Shown here one piece after another: positions 10,382 to 20,857 of a DNA stretch of 64,000 nucleotides. The notes beneath the pieces are model-generated. The model was not told where the DNA came from. It did no database searches and saw nothing but the letters and a program-made list of their open reading frames with translations. Both the position numbers and the translations under genes were made by a program. The DNA is from Candidatus Bathyarchaeota archaeon (GTDB taxonomy: Archaea; Thermoproteota; Bathyarchaeia; Bathyarchaeales; Bathycorpusculaceae): assembly GCA_963733095.1 (NCBI GenBank), contig CAVTBV010000009.1, positions 64,001 through 128,000 on the forward strand, written 5' to 3'. The first letter of the stretch is position 1. Every line of letters begins with the position of its first letter.

Positions 10382-10939
10382 TTACATCTTAGTCATGCCG
10401 GATTTGACAGTAACCCGCAACTTAGTCAGGTTCTCTTTTATCTCAGCCTTAACACCCATAGCTGTAAAGTATTCCTCGAGGAAAATTCTGATGAACTCCT
10501 TAGAAATCTCTGAAACCAGCACAAGGGTGTAATCGTTTGGAGCGTTTTTGGTGAGGCGATAAAAGTTGCATACTTCAAGCCGAGTCAACATTTCTTCTGG
10601 AGAGTGTACCTTGGTTTTTAGCTGTTCCCAGTGGGCTCGAGCTACTTCTTTGTGTTCGCTCCAGAACTTGTCCTTTTCAGGCGAGGAAGCGATTAAACGC
10701 AGGAACATGAGCCAGTGGTCAACGTCTAAGATTATGTGTTCACCGCTTAGTAGCATCTCGAGGTAGGCGTGGATTTTTTTCTTGGTGGCGGGGTCTTCCA
10801 GGGCTTTGTTTTCGTTGTAGAATTTTAGGGCGCGGCGCATTGTTTCGCTTTGGGATACTTGGGCCTCGGTGCTTATTTTTTCGAGTAAGTCGGCTGTGGA
10901 TTTGTCGAAGGCCACAGTTATTCTTATCGGGTTCGCCAT
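10382..10939 (-). CDS. CopG/RHH-family transcriptional regulator with C-terminal domain
   Basis: RITVAFD...SQSETMRRAL RHH pattern at the N-terminus. Confidence 0.8.
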   Translation of the reverse strand: MANPIRITVAFDKSTADLLEKISTEAQVSQSETMRRALKFYNENKALEDPATKKKIHAYLEMLLSGEHIILDVDHWLMFLRLIASSPEKDKFWSEHKEVARAHWEQLKTKVHSPEEMLTRLEVCNFYRLTKNAPNDYTLVLVSEISKEFIRIFLEEYFTAMGVKAEIKENLTKLRVTVKSGMTKM

Positions 10940-11154
10940 GTTCTAACTAAACTCCTGTTAGACACTTTTTCAAAATAGTGGAAAATATATAAACATTGCG
11001 CAATTATTATCAGATAATACTTTGCAAATTTATGGAATAAAGGCAAAAACATTGAACAAGTGTTAAAGCAACTATGATACAGCTGGCGCAAAACCCTTTT
11101 ATCCCAAACCCAATTTACTTCTATCACACAAACTGCTTCTAAGGAGAACCCGCA

Positions 11155-11814
11155 TTGAAACCCCCCGAAATATACCTCGAACGCAAACCCAGAACAGAAA
11201 AAATAATCGAACTCCTCGAAAAACAATTCCCCGAAGCAAAAACCGCCCTAAACTACACTTCCCCTCTCGAAATCCTTATCGCCACCATGCTCTCCGCGCA
11301 AACAACGGACGTTGCAGTCAACATGGTAACCAAAACCCTCTTCAAGAAATACCACGCCCCCCAAGACTACGCGAATGCAGACTTAAAAGAGATAGAGCAA
11401 GATATCCACTCCACAGGTTTCTACCACAACAAAGCTAAAAACCTCCAAAACTGCTGTCGGCTCCTCGTCGAAAAATTACACTCCCAAGTTCCTAAAACCA
11501 TGGAAGAACTCATAGAGCTACCGGGAGTTGCAAGAAAAACCGCTAACATCGTCCTCTACAACGCTTACGGCATCATAGCAGGCATCGCAGTAGACACCCA
11601 CGTAACGAGGCTCTCACAGCGACTCGGGTTAACAGATCAAAAAGACCAAAACAAGATCGAGAAAGACCTGATGCAGATCACACCAAAGGAGAAGTGGATG
11701 GAACTTGCCGATTTGCTGATTTTTCACGGCAGACAAGTATGTATGGCAAAAAAACCCAAATGCGGCATCTGCGTTTTAAACAAGATCTGTCCCTCTGCCT
11801 TCACTTTTAGCTAG
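11155..11814 (+). CDS. nth: Endonuclease III
   Basis: LSAQTTD, LPGVARKTA HhH, VDTHV, C-x6-C-x2-C-x5-C. Confidence 0.96.
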   Translation: MKPPEIYLERKPRTEKIIELLEKQFPEAKTALNYTSPLEILIATMLSAQTTDVAVNMVTKTLFKKYHAPQDYANADLKEIEQDIHSTGFYHNKAKNLQNCCRLLVEKLHSQVPKTMEELIELPGVARKTANIVLYNAYGIIAGIAVDTHVTRLSQRLGLTDQKDQNKIEKDLMQITPKEKWMELADLLIFHGRQVCMAKKPKCGICVLNKICPSAFTFS

Positions 11815-11868
11815 GCATTAGCCATTTATACGAGCGTTAACTTTTCTTTTGTGGTAAGGATTGATTTT

Positions 11869-12348
11869 ATGGTAAACGAAATTAAAGTTGGCGAAAAAGC
11901 ACCTGATTTCACACTTCCCGACGTAGATATGAAACCCCGAAGTCTCCATGAGTTTTTAGGAAAAAAAATTGTGTTAGCTTTCTTTGTTGGCGCTTTCACT
12001 TCAACGTGTACTAAAGAAGTCTGTACTTTCCGCGATTCCATGTCGCGGCTAGTCGATTTGAACGCCCAAGTCGTTGGCATTGGCGTTACAGACCCTTTCT
12101 CGAATAAGGCTTTTTCAGAAAAAAACAGACTACCCTTCCCCGTTTTAAGCGATTATAACCGCGGAGTAATCAAGCAATGGGGTTTGGAGCTGTTTGATTT
12201 TGCTGGGTTAAAAGGTTACACGGTTGCTAAACGTTCAATATTCATCCTTGACCAGACAGGCGTTGTACGGTATGTTTGGATTTCGGAAGATCCAACGGTT
12301 GAACCGAACTATCAGGAAATACAAAAAGCCTTAGAGCAAATTCCTTAG
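11869..12348 (+). CDS. Peroxiredoxin (BCP/AhpE-like)
   Basis: [24 protein letters not shown]. Confidence 0.9.
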   Translation: MVNEIKVGEKAPDFTLPDVDMKPRSLHEFLGKKIVLAFFVGAFTSTCTKEVCTFRDSMSRLVDLNAQVVGIGVTDPFSNKAFSEKNRLPFPVLSDYNRGVIKQWGLELFDFAGLKGYTVAKRSIFILDQTGVVRYVWISEDPTVEPNYQEIQKALEQIP

Positions 12349-12942
12349 GGCCTTTTCTATATCATTACCGTGTAGAAGAAGCGGTTACTCCGTCGCCTTC
12401 CAGCGAAGGGTAATGCCTAATTTCCCCAAATTCAAAATATCCACTGAAAAGCTCAATTATCTGCCGTTTCTTAAAGTGGTTCCACCCCGGTCCGTTCCTG
12501 TAGCCGAAGCATGTCAGCATTTATCTGCCGCCTTCTTTGAGAACCCGATGAACACCCACAATGAATTTGGTGCCCTCTTCAACCTCAACATGGTGAACGC
12601 AGCCCATGTTAAACACAAAACCAAAAGCCTCATCGATGAAACGCAAGTCGATGAAGCTCTCAGCCAAAAAATTAACATTGACTTTTGCTTGGTGTGCTTT
12701 TTTCTTTCCAATCTCGATGGCTGTTTGAGAAATATCAATGCCTGTCATGTCAAAGCTGCTTTTGGTAAGATAAATTGTGTTTGTTCCGGTGACACAGCAA
12801 ATGTCCAGTGCCCTGCCATTTGGAATAAACCCTTTTTCGAGGTATTCAACGAGTATCGGGTGCGGTTTGCCCAGTTCCCAGCCTAATTCATTAAGCGGAA
12901 ACCCGCGTAAGTCTCATCCCACCTTGAGTAATTGGCACACAT
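12345..12942 (-). pseudogene. Class I SAM-dependent methyltransferase (TPMT/TehB-like), frameshifted
   Basis: WELGKPHP, RALDICC..GTN, TGIDIS, GCVHH, RVLKEGG in broken frames. Confidence 0.75.
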
Positions 12943-12993
12943 AGAAAACCATTTAATTAGTTCTTGCTGAGAAATTTTAACTTAGTTGTTATT

Positions 12994-13072
12994 TGGTAGC
13001 GGGGAGTAGATTTGAACTACTGATCTCTGGGTTATGAGCCCAGCGGGTTAATCCTGGCTACCCCACCCCGCT
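12994..13072 (-). tRNA. tRNA-iMet(CAT), initiator, CCA encoded, no intron
   Basis: AGCGGGG/CCCCGCT acceptor with A1-U72, GGG/CCC anticodon stem, CTCATAA loop, GTTCAAATC T-arm. Confidence 0.96.
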
Positions 13073-13201
13073 ACGCTTTTTCCGCGCTGTTTGCTCGGTG
13101 CATCCTATTAGTTCCATTGTCAAATATTAATAGTTTCTTTTTCGGTAATCGCAAAAGGATTTTAGTATCGAATATTCTTTGTATGAACGGAATGGTTTGC
13201 T

Positions 13202-13870
13202 TTGGATAAACCATATTTGCGTAGACTTTCGAATCCGCCTCTTGAAAACCCAATCTTTGTTCAGGGGCTCCCAGGGTTCGGAAATGTTGGCAGGATTGCG
13301 GCGCATCTGCTCATAAAGTTCTTTGATGCGAAACCGTTTGCCGAGTTGTATTCGCCTTCTTTTCCAGATTACGTTGCCATAACCTCAAAGGGCCTTGCTA
13401 ATTTGCCCAAGTACGAATTCTATTATGCGCCCATGGAGAAAAACAACCTTGTTATTATGACTGGAGAAATTCAACCTTCATTTGACGATGTAGTTGCACA
13501 TTACACTGTTTGTGATTCAGTGCTTGATTTTGTTGAAACATTGGGATGCAAATTCATTATAACAATGGGCGGAGTTCCCATAACTGAAGATAAGACTCAG
13601 GTTTACATCGCGGCGACGTCGCCGCGTTTGGCAACTGAGTTTATGGAGAAAGGTGCGGTCATCTACAGCAAGGGACGAATTGTTGGCGGAACAGGACTCA
13701 CGCTCGCATTAGCCAAGGAAAGAAAGATTGACGGAATCAGTTTGCTGGGGACAACGATGGGTTTTAAGGCTGATAGGGGCGCTGGATTCTTAGTTTTCAA
13801 ATTTTTGATGAAGGCATTAGGAAAAGAGATAAAAGAAGGTTCGGTAGAAAACAATGCACCTGAAGAGTAG
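13202..13870 (+). CDS. PAC2-family proteasome assembly chaperone
   Basis: GLPGFGNVGRIAA, LYSPSFP, IITMGG, IVGGTG. Confidence 0.9.
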   Translation: MDKPYLRRLSNPPLENPIFVQGLPGFGNVGRIAAHLLIKFFDAKPFAELYSPSFPDYVAITSKGLANLPKYEFYYAPMEKNNLVIMTGEIQPSFDDVVAHYTVCDSVLDFVETLGCKFIITMGGVPITEDKTQVYIAATSPRLATEFMEKGAVIYSKGRIVGGTGLTLALAKERKIDGISLLGTTMGFKADRGAGFLVFKFLMKALGKEIKEGSVENNAPEE

Positions 13871-13875
13871 GAAGA

Positions 13876-14118
13876 GTGGCGTCGATGACTCAAGATAATG
13901 AAAATGTATACGTAAGTAGTTTAGACTCAAAATTCACGAAAGTAACAATGACCATAGTCGCTGTGTTCTTGATCTTTGTGGGTCCAACATACATTCCATA
14001 CATGCTTTCGGATGTACTCCACGTCGATTACATTGCTTCCATTGGACTTGGCGCTGTTCTATTCATTGTTGGCTTATTAGTCTTGGTTTATCTTATCCGA
14101 AAGAAGGTAATCGAGTAA
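13876..14118 (+). CDS. Small two-TM membrane protein
   Basis: Two hydrophobic helices and a basic tail; directly follows PAC2. Confidence 0.7.
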   Translation: MASMTQDNENVYVSSLDSKFTKVTMTIVAVFLIFVGPTYIPYMLSDVLHVDYIASIGLGAVLFIVGLLVLVYLIRKKVIE

Positions 14119-14487
14119 ATTTTGCCTCAGATACCCTAGGGTGCATCATCAAATCAGCGGTTTAGGTTCTTCATCGGCGGCACCTTAGAGTCAGAACCTG
14201 TTTTATTAAGATTCTTTGCTTTTTATGAAAATCTGCGCTAATTTTAATATCCCTGTTTCTCAAAATAATGGCTATGAAAAATTCTGAGTGTACAATTTAT
14301 ATAATGTTCAAAGATAAGTGGCTGCAAAAGTTCAGAAAAGAAATGGACGGCTGGAAGGAATACAATCGTAATGGAACAATCCGTCCATCACGGCAGAACA
14401 ATTCATTTCCCATATTCTCCACCCCTTAGCAGGAATAAAAGGACCAGACGTCAGCGTCAAAGTTGAACCAGACGTCAAAAATTAAAT

Positions 14488-14976
14488 TTAGCGGCGACTC
14501 AGGTCTTTTAGCAAAGCTTTAGCTTCAGCTGGAAGTTTGGGTTTGTTCCTTCTGCCTACAATCAAGAACAAGGACCCAATAAGAATTAATGCGGCACCAA
14601 AAAACGCCACACTTTCCTTTGGCAAAAACCCCAAGTTAAGTCCAACTGTGAAAAAAATCATTGTAATGCCCATTATGACAATTATCCAGTTGTTCATAGC
14701 CGCTGTTGACTGCAAAGCAAATTCTTTCTTACCCGTGTCAGTAACAAAAAATTGCCCCTTCTTTTCCTCAATCATTCCTGCATTCATCAAGTAATTCCAA
14801 TCGTAATGGAAATGACCATCAGACTTGTAACCTAACGCAGAACTGATGCTGGATTTTACACCGGGTTCAGCTTTAATTTTGCTGCTTGGGGCAGAATAGA
14901 TGAAATAAAGCAGTTTAGTCCTCGGTGACTGAAGATCTGCACTTATTCCACGTGACTTAGCCAAATTCAACCCCAC
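14488..14976 (-). CDS. Putative membrane-tethered winged-helix protein
   Basis: YLMNAGMIEE...FFVTDTGK wing-like motif followed by two TM helices. Confidence 0.6.
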   Translation of the reverse strand: MGLNLAKSRGISADLQSPRTKLLYFIYSAPSSKIKAEPGVKSSISSALGYKSDGHFHYDWNYLMNAGMIEEKKGQFFVTDTGKKEFALQSTAAMNNWIIVIMGITMIFFTVGLNLGFLPKESVAFFGAALILIGSLFLIVGRRNKPKLPAEAKALLKDLSRR

Positions 14977-15182
14977 CTTTGATATTTGTAGAGGTTAAGA
15001 TAAAAGCTTCTCCCTGCAATTCTATCGTGTTTTGGCTGCAACGAGTTTTTGCTTATGACTCTAACCCTTAGAGTTGGCGCTCTAAACATTGGTGCTGTTT
15101 TTGAGTTGTTATTCTAAATGTTAGGGCTATATCCAGAATTCAACATTTAAGGAAACAGAAAACAAAACATTGGAGGAAAAAA

Positions 15183-15839
15183 ATGAACGTAAATTTCGAG
15201 TATAGTAAAACTTTAGCAATTGAAGGCTCAATACTGCTCTTGCTCAGCTTGATTCCTTATGTGGGCTGGGTATTAGGCATAGTTGGTGTAGTTTTGCTCT
15301 TGAGAGGTATGAAAGAATTCTCAAATTACTATCAAGACGATAAAATCTACCAAGACTCACTGACAGGCGTCAAATACTATATAATCGCTATCGTTGCCGC
15401 AGCCGTCGCTATCGCTACGTTCACAGTCGGCATTTGGTCTGCAACAGGCTTTACATCAGCCTTTGTGCTCACAGCAGGCTTCGGAATAGGCTTAGTTGCT
15501 TTCCTAGTGGGGCTCGTCGTTGCATTCGTCTTCTACGTACTCGCATCATCGCACCTAAAAAGAACCTTCAACACTCTTGCGCAAAAATCAGGAGAAGCCT
15601 CATTCACCACCGCCGGAACACTGCTCTGGATAGGTTCAATCCTAACAATCATCGGCGTCGGCTTGATCCTAATATTCATTGCTTGGATATTTGCAACCAT
15701 AGGATTCTTCACAATGAAATCTTACCAATACCAACAATACGCCCCACAACCAACAGGTTACGGTACCACTCCGCCCCCAACCCAGCCAGAGCAAGCAAAG
15801 AGCATGGCATCCAACCAAAACAACATCGGTCAACCATAA
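15183..15839 (+). CDS. DUF996-family membrane protein
   Basis: G.IL.LL..IP..G.VL.IVG, F.TAG.LLWIG.IL.IIGVG.IL..IAWI...IGFF pattern; Q/P-rich tail. Confidence 0.8.
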   Translation: MNVNFEYSKTLAIEGSILLLLSLIPYVGWVLGIVGVVLLLRGMKEFSNYYQDDKIYQDSLTGVKYYIIAIVAAAVAIATFTVGIWSATGFTSAFVLTAGFGIGLVAFLVGLVVAFVFYVLASSHLKRTFNTLAQKSGEASFTTAGTLLWIGSILTIIGVGLILIFIAWIFATIGFFTMKSYQYQQYAPQPTGYGTTPPPTQPEQAKSMASNQNNIGQP

Positions 15840-15853
15840 GGAGCGAAAATTTG

Positions 15854-16420
15854 ATGACCCAGCGAACTGAAGCTGAAACGGGTTACGCCTGGTGGAAATT
15901 CCTTCGAAAACACTGGCGCGCATTTGCCGTGTTTTTAGCGGGCGCTATCTTGGCATTTGCAGGCGTGGTCTACGTCTTCTTATGGTTCACAGGAAACGCA
16001 CAGTCAACAGGTCTGGTTCCAGCATCTCTTGGCATGTGGACCATGGGCAACGTGGTGGCGTTTATTCTGCATGCCATCTTTTGGGAGCTTGTCTTAATCG
16101 GTATTCCTGTAGCTGTTGGTGGGGTGGTAGGTTGGCAATGGTGGAGGAGGCTTCCTGAAGAAGAAAAGAGCTATCGTCTCTTTGGGAAACGCTCTCGGTC
16201 ACGAGGAGCTGGCGGAGCAATCTCGCCGTTGCTGTTCATAGCTTTTGCCCTCAAGGTATATGTTGATGGAAACTGGAACGTTGTCATCTCGACTTACACC
16301 TTGGACTATGTAGTGAGTTCAATGGTCACGATACTGCTCTGGATAGTTGCCATATTTGCGATTCCTGCAATAATAGGGTTCATCTGGTGGATACGCCACA
16401 AGGTGAACAAAAAATCCTAA
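15854..16420 (+). CDS. Trp-rich membrane protein
   Basis: Four TM helices; ATG after AGGAG; the upstream part of the listed ORF overlaps DUF996. Confidence 0.75.
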   Translation: MTQRTEAETGYAWWKFLRKHWRAFAVFLAGAILAFAGVVYVFLWFTGNAQSTGLVPASLGMWTMGNVVAFILHAIFWELVLIGIPVAVGGVVGWQWWRRLPEEEKSYRLFGKRSRSRGAGGAISPLLFIAFALKVYVDGNWNVVISTYTLDYVVSSMVTILLWIVAIFAIPAIIGFIWWIRHKVNKKS

Positions 16421-16640
16421 CCCCTCCTTTTTTAGCCATTTGCTTTTTAGAAGAATTATATTGGTGGCCTGTAATCTGAACGAGGTCGCTGACAAGAAGA
16501 TTAAGGGATGCACCCGTTGGTTGTTGTTGTGATAAGGGAGCTTTCACAAACAACTACTTAATAGACTATGGAAACCTTGAGCTTGAATATGCTTGCTGAA
16601 TACATAAGGCATATTAAATATTACTATAAGAATAGCCTCT

Positions 16641-17225
16641 ATGCTCGACAGCAAACGAAACAGCCGTGATGCCCCGCTAAAACCAAAAAGTGACGAAGCA
16701 AAAAGAACAACCATAATCCTAGAAAAAAGTGAACGCGAATTCATCGAGCAACTCATAAAAGACGGCAAAGAACCTGGAATAAAACCCCTCATCTCCAAAA
16801 TGCTCGACATCTACAAAAGCATGATGATCTACGACTGGCATTTCCCCGGAGAATACTACTGCGGAATAAGCCGAACCGCCTTTGTCAATGTCGAATTACT
16901 AAACATTCTAACCCAGCAGGTTCCGGCTGAAAAGTGGCATAAAGTCGGTGAAAAGATGGGTGATGCCCTGAAGGTTTCAATTCAGTCGACATTAGGAATT
17001 GATGCGAGCAAGCTGGAGAATTGGGGAGCCGTTTTCAGTAGGTTGAAGGTGCAGGGGTTTGGTGATTTTTATTTAAAAGACAAGTTTTTGCTTTTGAAGA
17101 CGCCTTTCATTCATGATTGTGAGATTTGGAAGGGCCTCATAGAGGGATTATTGAGTGTTGAGTTGGAGACGCGGAATTCAGTGCCTCCGATGGTTTTCGA
17201 GATTAAAAGCCCCAAAACGTCTTAA
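16641..17225 (+). CDS. Putative regulator (RHH-like N-terminus, V4R-like C-terminus)
   Basis: KRTTIIL beta strand then helices; GEKMG...QGFG...KGLIEGLL pattern. Confidence 0.55.
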   Translation: MLDSKRNSRDAPLKPKSDEAKRTTIILEKSEREFIEQLIKDGKEPGIKPLISKMLDIYKSMMIYDWHFPGEYYCGISRTAFVNVELLNILTQQVPAEKWHKVGEKMGDALKVSIQSTLGIDASKLENWGAVFSRLKVQGFGDFYLKDKFLLLKTPFIHDCEIWKGLIEGLLSVELETRNSVPPMVFEIKSPKTS

Positions 17226-17454
17226 TTTTAGAATCCGACAGTTAAATATTAGGAAACAGATTTATTAGGAAGGCAGATGTTCAGGTGTCTTTCAGTGGTA
17301 TATGATGAGGGATTGCGTTCATACAAGGCGATTGCCTTCATTGAAAATGTAAGAACGATTCGTTATTTGAAATTAGGCGCAACCCTTCAAAGACCCGTTT
17401 TGTGTAACCAAAAACCCTCCAGATACCTCTCTAAACGTTTAGGAGAAAAAATTT

Positions 17455-18456
17455 ATGGATAAAATAAAATTTGCAATCCCAAAAGGCTCCCTAGAAAAAG
17501 CAACTGCAGAATTCTTCTCGAAATCAGGATTCAAAATCGGCGGAACAGAACGCACATACCGCCCAAGCATAAACGATCCCCAAATAGAAATGAAAGTGCT
17601 AAGACCCCAAGAAATCCCTGTCTTCGTTAATGAAGGTCTCCAAGACCTTGGTATAACGGGGGAAGACTGGGTTAAAGAGAACAAAGCAGATGTTGAAATC
17701 CTCCAAAACCTCGAATACGGAAAAATTAAGCTTGTCATAGCTGTTCCCAAAAGTGTCCCTGAAAACAGCACTGTGGGCGATTTCATGGAGTCAATTTGGA
17801 GTCAGGGCAAAAACTTCCGCATAAGCACTGAATACCTCAACATTGCATCCGAATACCTCAAGAATACTCCTCAGTACAAGAAACGTTTTGGCAACGCCGA
17901 CCCAATGATTATGACGCCTTGGTGGAGAAAAGGCGACAACTCAAGAGCCAAGATTTTCCTGTCGTTTGGCGCGACTGAGGCTAAGCCGCCAGAGGACTCC
18001 GACTGTATCATGGATGTGACCGAAACAGGAACCACCATAGAAGCAAACAACTTGCGAATCATCGAAACTGTCTTGAGGTCTTCTGCAGTTCTTATTGCAA
18101 ACAAGAAAAGCCTTGAAGACCCAGAGAAACGCGAGAAAATCTACGACATAGTTGCCCTGCTCAAAGGCGTCGTGGACGGTTCCAAGAGAATCCACATATT
18201 CGTCAACGTCAAAAAAGAGAATCTTCAAACGCTGCTAACGGAGTTGCCTGCACTGAAAAATCCAACCATATCGCCGTTGGCAGATGACGCTTGGGTTGGA
18301 GTAAATACTGTCATCGAAAAAGACTGCTTGATTGGACTATTGCCAAAGATTCGGAAATTAGCGCAGGGTTTGGTTGTTTATGAGCCGCGTCAGGTGTTGG
18401 CTTTAGATGAGATTGCACGGAGAACAGAAGGTCAATGCAAAAAGGATGCACCGTAA
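17455..18456 (+). CDS. hisG: ATP phosphoribosyltransferase (long form)
   Basis: FAIPKGSL, RPQEIP, DLGITG, GATEAKPP, DVTETGTT, PTISPL. Confidence 0.96.
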   Translation: MDKIKFAIPKGSLEKATAEFFSKSGFKIGGTERTYRPSINDPQIEMKVLRPQEIPVFVNEGLQDLGITGEDWVKENKADVEILQNLEYGKIKLVIAVPKSVPENSTVGDFMESIWSQGKNFRISTEYLNIASEYLKNTPQYKKRFGNADPMIMTPWWRKGDNSRAKIFLSFGATEAKPPEDSDCIMDVTETGTTIEANNLRIIETVLRSSAVLIANKKSLEDPEKREKIYDIVALLKGVVDGSKRIHIFVNVKKENLQTLLTELPALKNPTISPLADDAWVGVNTVIEKDCLIGLLPKIRKLAQGLVVYEPRQVLALDEIARRTEGQCKKDAP

Positions 18457-19736
18457 AAGTCTGGCGCTCGAAAGAACTGCCAGCCGACTGGTTTAGAAGA
18501 CAGCAAGCAGACCAAAAAGCAACCCAAGATTTGGGAGCCAGTGTCAAAGCCATAATAAACCAGGTTAAAGTAGACGGTGACAAAGCACTGGTTGAGTTTG
18601 CCCAAAAATTTGACAAAGCCGAACTTGACCTGCGAGGCCTCAAAGTTAAGCCCGCCGAAATCAAGGAAGCCTACACCAAAACAACTCCCCAACAAGTCTC
18701 AGCACTGAAGTTCATGAAAGAAAGGGTCAACGCATTACAAAAACAGCTGCTCACCCAAACCGACATCAAAACAGCAAATGACGGAATCTCTGTCAAAACT
18801 GTCCTGCGCCCTATAGAAAGTGTAGGTTGCTACATTCCAGGAGGGCAAGCAGCTTACCCCAGCACACTCATCATGACTGCTGTTCCAGCAAAAGTAGCAG
18901 GCGTCCCACGAGTTGTCGTATGTTCGCCCTCGGATGCTAAGGGCAAAGTTAACCCACTGGTTCTAGTCGCCGCAGACATCTGCGGTGTCGATGAGGTTTA
19001 CCGAGTAGGCGGAGCCCAAGCCATAGCTGCTTTAGCTTACGGAACAAAAACAATAGCGGCCGTACGAAAAATAGTGGGTCCAGGCAGCAAATATGTGACT
19101 GCCGCTAAGGTTTTAGTTTCGACTGATGTTGCGATTGATATGCCTGCTGGTCCAAGCGAAGTTCTAATTTTAGCGGATGCGTCAGCAGACGCGCGGTTGA
19201 TAGCGTTTGATATGGTTTCTCAGGCTGAACATGGAGAAGACAGCGTTGCCGCACTAATAACGACGTCAGAGAAATTGGCTCTGCAAGTACAGGAAAATCT
19301 CGCAAAATTTGCCGTTTCAGCAGAAAGAAGCGAAAAAATCTCAGAGTCACTGGCTAAATACGGATTTATAATCATCTGCAGTGTCATTGAAGAGGCAATC
19401 AGTTTGGTGAACCAGTTTGCGGCAGAACACTTAGAAGTCATGACTGCTAAACCCGGAGAGGTTGCAGAGAAACTCACCGCTGGACTTATACTGTTAGGTC
19501 CCTACAGCCCCGTTGCCCTCAGCGATTACGGTAGCGGAACCAACCATGTCTTGCCCACAGGCGGGTTTGCACAATCGTTCTCGGGCTTATCAGCCTTGGA
19601 CTTTATGAGGAGGGTGAGCATCGTTGAAAGTACCCGAATGGGTCTAGAAAGAGTAAAGGACAGCATCAAGGTATTGACGGAAGCAGAGAACCTTCCCAAC
19701 CACTATAAAGCAATAGCGGCAAGGTTAGAAAAATGA
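18435..19736 (+). CDS. hisD: Histidinol dehydrogenase
   Basis: [39 protein letters not shown]. Confidence 0.97.
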   Translation: MQKGCTVKVWRSKELPADWFRRQQADQKATQDLGASVKAIINQVKVDGDKALVEFAQKFDKAELDLRGLKVKPAEIKEAYTKTTPQQVSALKFMKERVNALQKQLLTQTDIKTANDGISVKTVLRPIESVGCYIPGGQAAYPSTLIMTAVPAKVAGVPRVVVCSPSDAKGKVNPLVLVAADICGVDEVYRVGGAQAIAALAYGTKTIAAVRKIVGPGSKYVTAAKVLVSTDVAIDMPAGPSEVLILADASADARLIAFDMVSQAEHGEDSVAALITTSEKLALQVQENLAKFAVSAERSEKISESLAKYGFIIICSVIEEAISLVNQFAAEHLEVMTAKPGEVAEKLTAGLILLGPYSPVALSDYGSGTNHVLPTGGFAQSFSGLSALDFMRRVSIVESTRMGLERVKDSIKVLTEAENLPNHYKAIAARLEK

Positions 19737-20857
19737 GTGAATCCTACAAAAAATGGCTAAAACAAAAACTCCAAAAACTCCAAGCAATAGACTGCTACAC
19801 CCCTGGAGCAACCCCCGAAACGGTAGCGAAGCAGCTGGGCGTCACTACAAAACAGATAATTAAGCTGGACTTTAACGAGAACCTGTTTGTGCCAAGAGTC
19901 AAGCAAGCCAAACTGGTTAAGGAGTTGGCTGACGAAATCGATCTGCGCCTGTACCCCGAAGACGAAGAAATTAAGCTGCGCGAAAAACTCGCAGGCTACC
20001 TGAAAGTACCCAAAGAATTCCTCGTGGTCGGCAATGCAAGCGACGAATTAATCGACCGCATCATTAGACTATTCGTTGAGAAGGGTGATCTCACAGTTTC
20101 TTTCACCCCAACATTCAGTGTCCCACGACTCTGTGTTAAACGACAAGAAGGCGAATACATCCAAGTACCGCTTCAAAAAGACCTCCAACTTGACCTTAAA
20201 GGGATGCTCTCCAAATTCTCTGACAAAACAAGATTGCTCTATCTCTGCTCACCCAACAGCCCAACCGCCATACAGTACAAACCCGAAGACATCGAAGCCT
20301 TAGTCAACGCATTTCCAGGCATAGTCATTTTAGATGAGGCGTATGGCGAATTCGCAGATTACTCGTTTGTGCCAAGGATAAAAGAATTCGAGAACATGAT
20401 TATTCTACGAACCTTCTCCAAAGCCTTCGGTTTGGCAGCGCTTCGACTAGGTTACGCCGTTGCAAACCCCGAGTTAGCCAAGATTCTAACAGAAAAAACC
20501 CCGTTGCCTTACCCAGTTAGTGGATTTACGCTGAGGATGGGCGCTAAAATGCTGGACAACGTTGATTTGATGATGGAATCGGTTAGGCAAGTTAAGAGTG
20601 AGCGGGCAAAACTGATAATGGCACTCAACGATATAGAAGGCGTGCAAGCTTTTAATTCGCAAGCCAACTTCGTGCTGATAAATACCCAAAAACCCTGTGA
20701 CTTAGTTAACCAGAAGCTGCTTTGGAAAGGAATAATGGTTAAGAAATGGGGCAAAATCCTACAGTATGAAAATTGCTTCCGCGTCACTATTGGTTTGCCA
20801 GAAATGAATGCGAAACTAATCGAAGCATTAAAAGAAATCCATGAGGAAGCTGAATGA
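19733..20857 (+). CDS. hisC: Histidinol-phosphate aminotransferase
   Basis: KLDFNEN, DEAYGEF, RTFSKAFGLAALRLGY. Confidence 0.93.
   Translation: MSESYKKWLKQKLQKLQAIDCYTPGATPETVAKQLGVTTKQIIKLDFNENLFVPRVKQAKLVKELADEIDLRLYPEDEEIKLREKLAGYLKVPKEFLVVGNASDELIDRIIRLFVEKGDLTVSFTPTFSVPRLCVKRQEGEYIQVPLQKDLQLDLKGMLSKFSDKTRLLYLCSPNSPTAIQYKPEDIEALVNAFPGIVILDEAYGEFADYSFVPRIKEFENMIILRTFSKAFGLAALRLGYAVANPELAKILTEKTPLPYPVSGFTLRMGAKMLDNVDLMMESVRQVKSERAKLIMALNDIEGVQAFNSQANFVLINTQKPCDLVNQKLLWKGIMVKKWGKILQYENCFRVTIGLPEMNAKLIEALKEIHEEAE

Noticed and set aside
15434-15853. Long alternative-frame extension of the 328-aa ORF
   Set aside because: Overlaps DUF996; the real start is likely ATG 15854 after AGGAG.
17277-17462. 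61-aa ORF as a his leader peptide, and ATGATGA as a C/D-box sRNA
   Set aside because: The ORF has no His codons, and no CTGA D box lies at a suitable distance.
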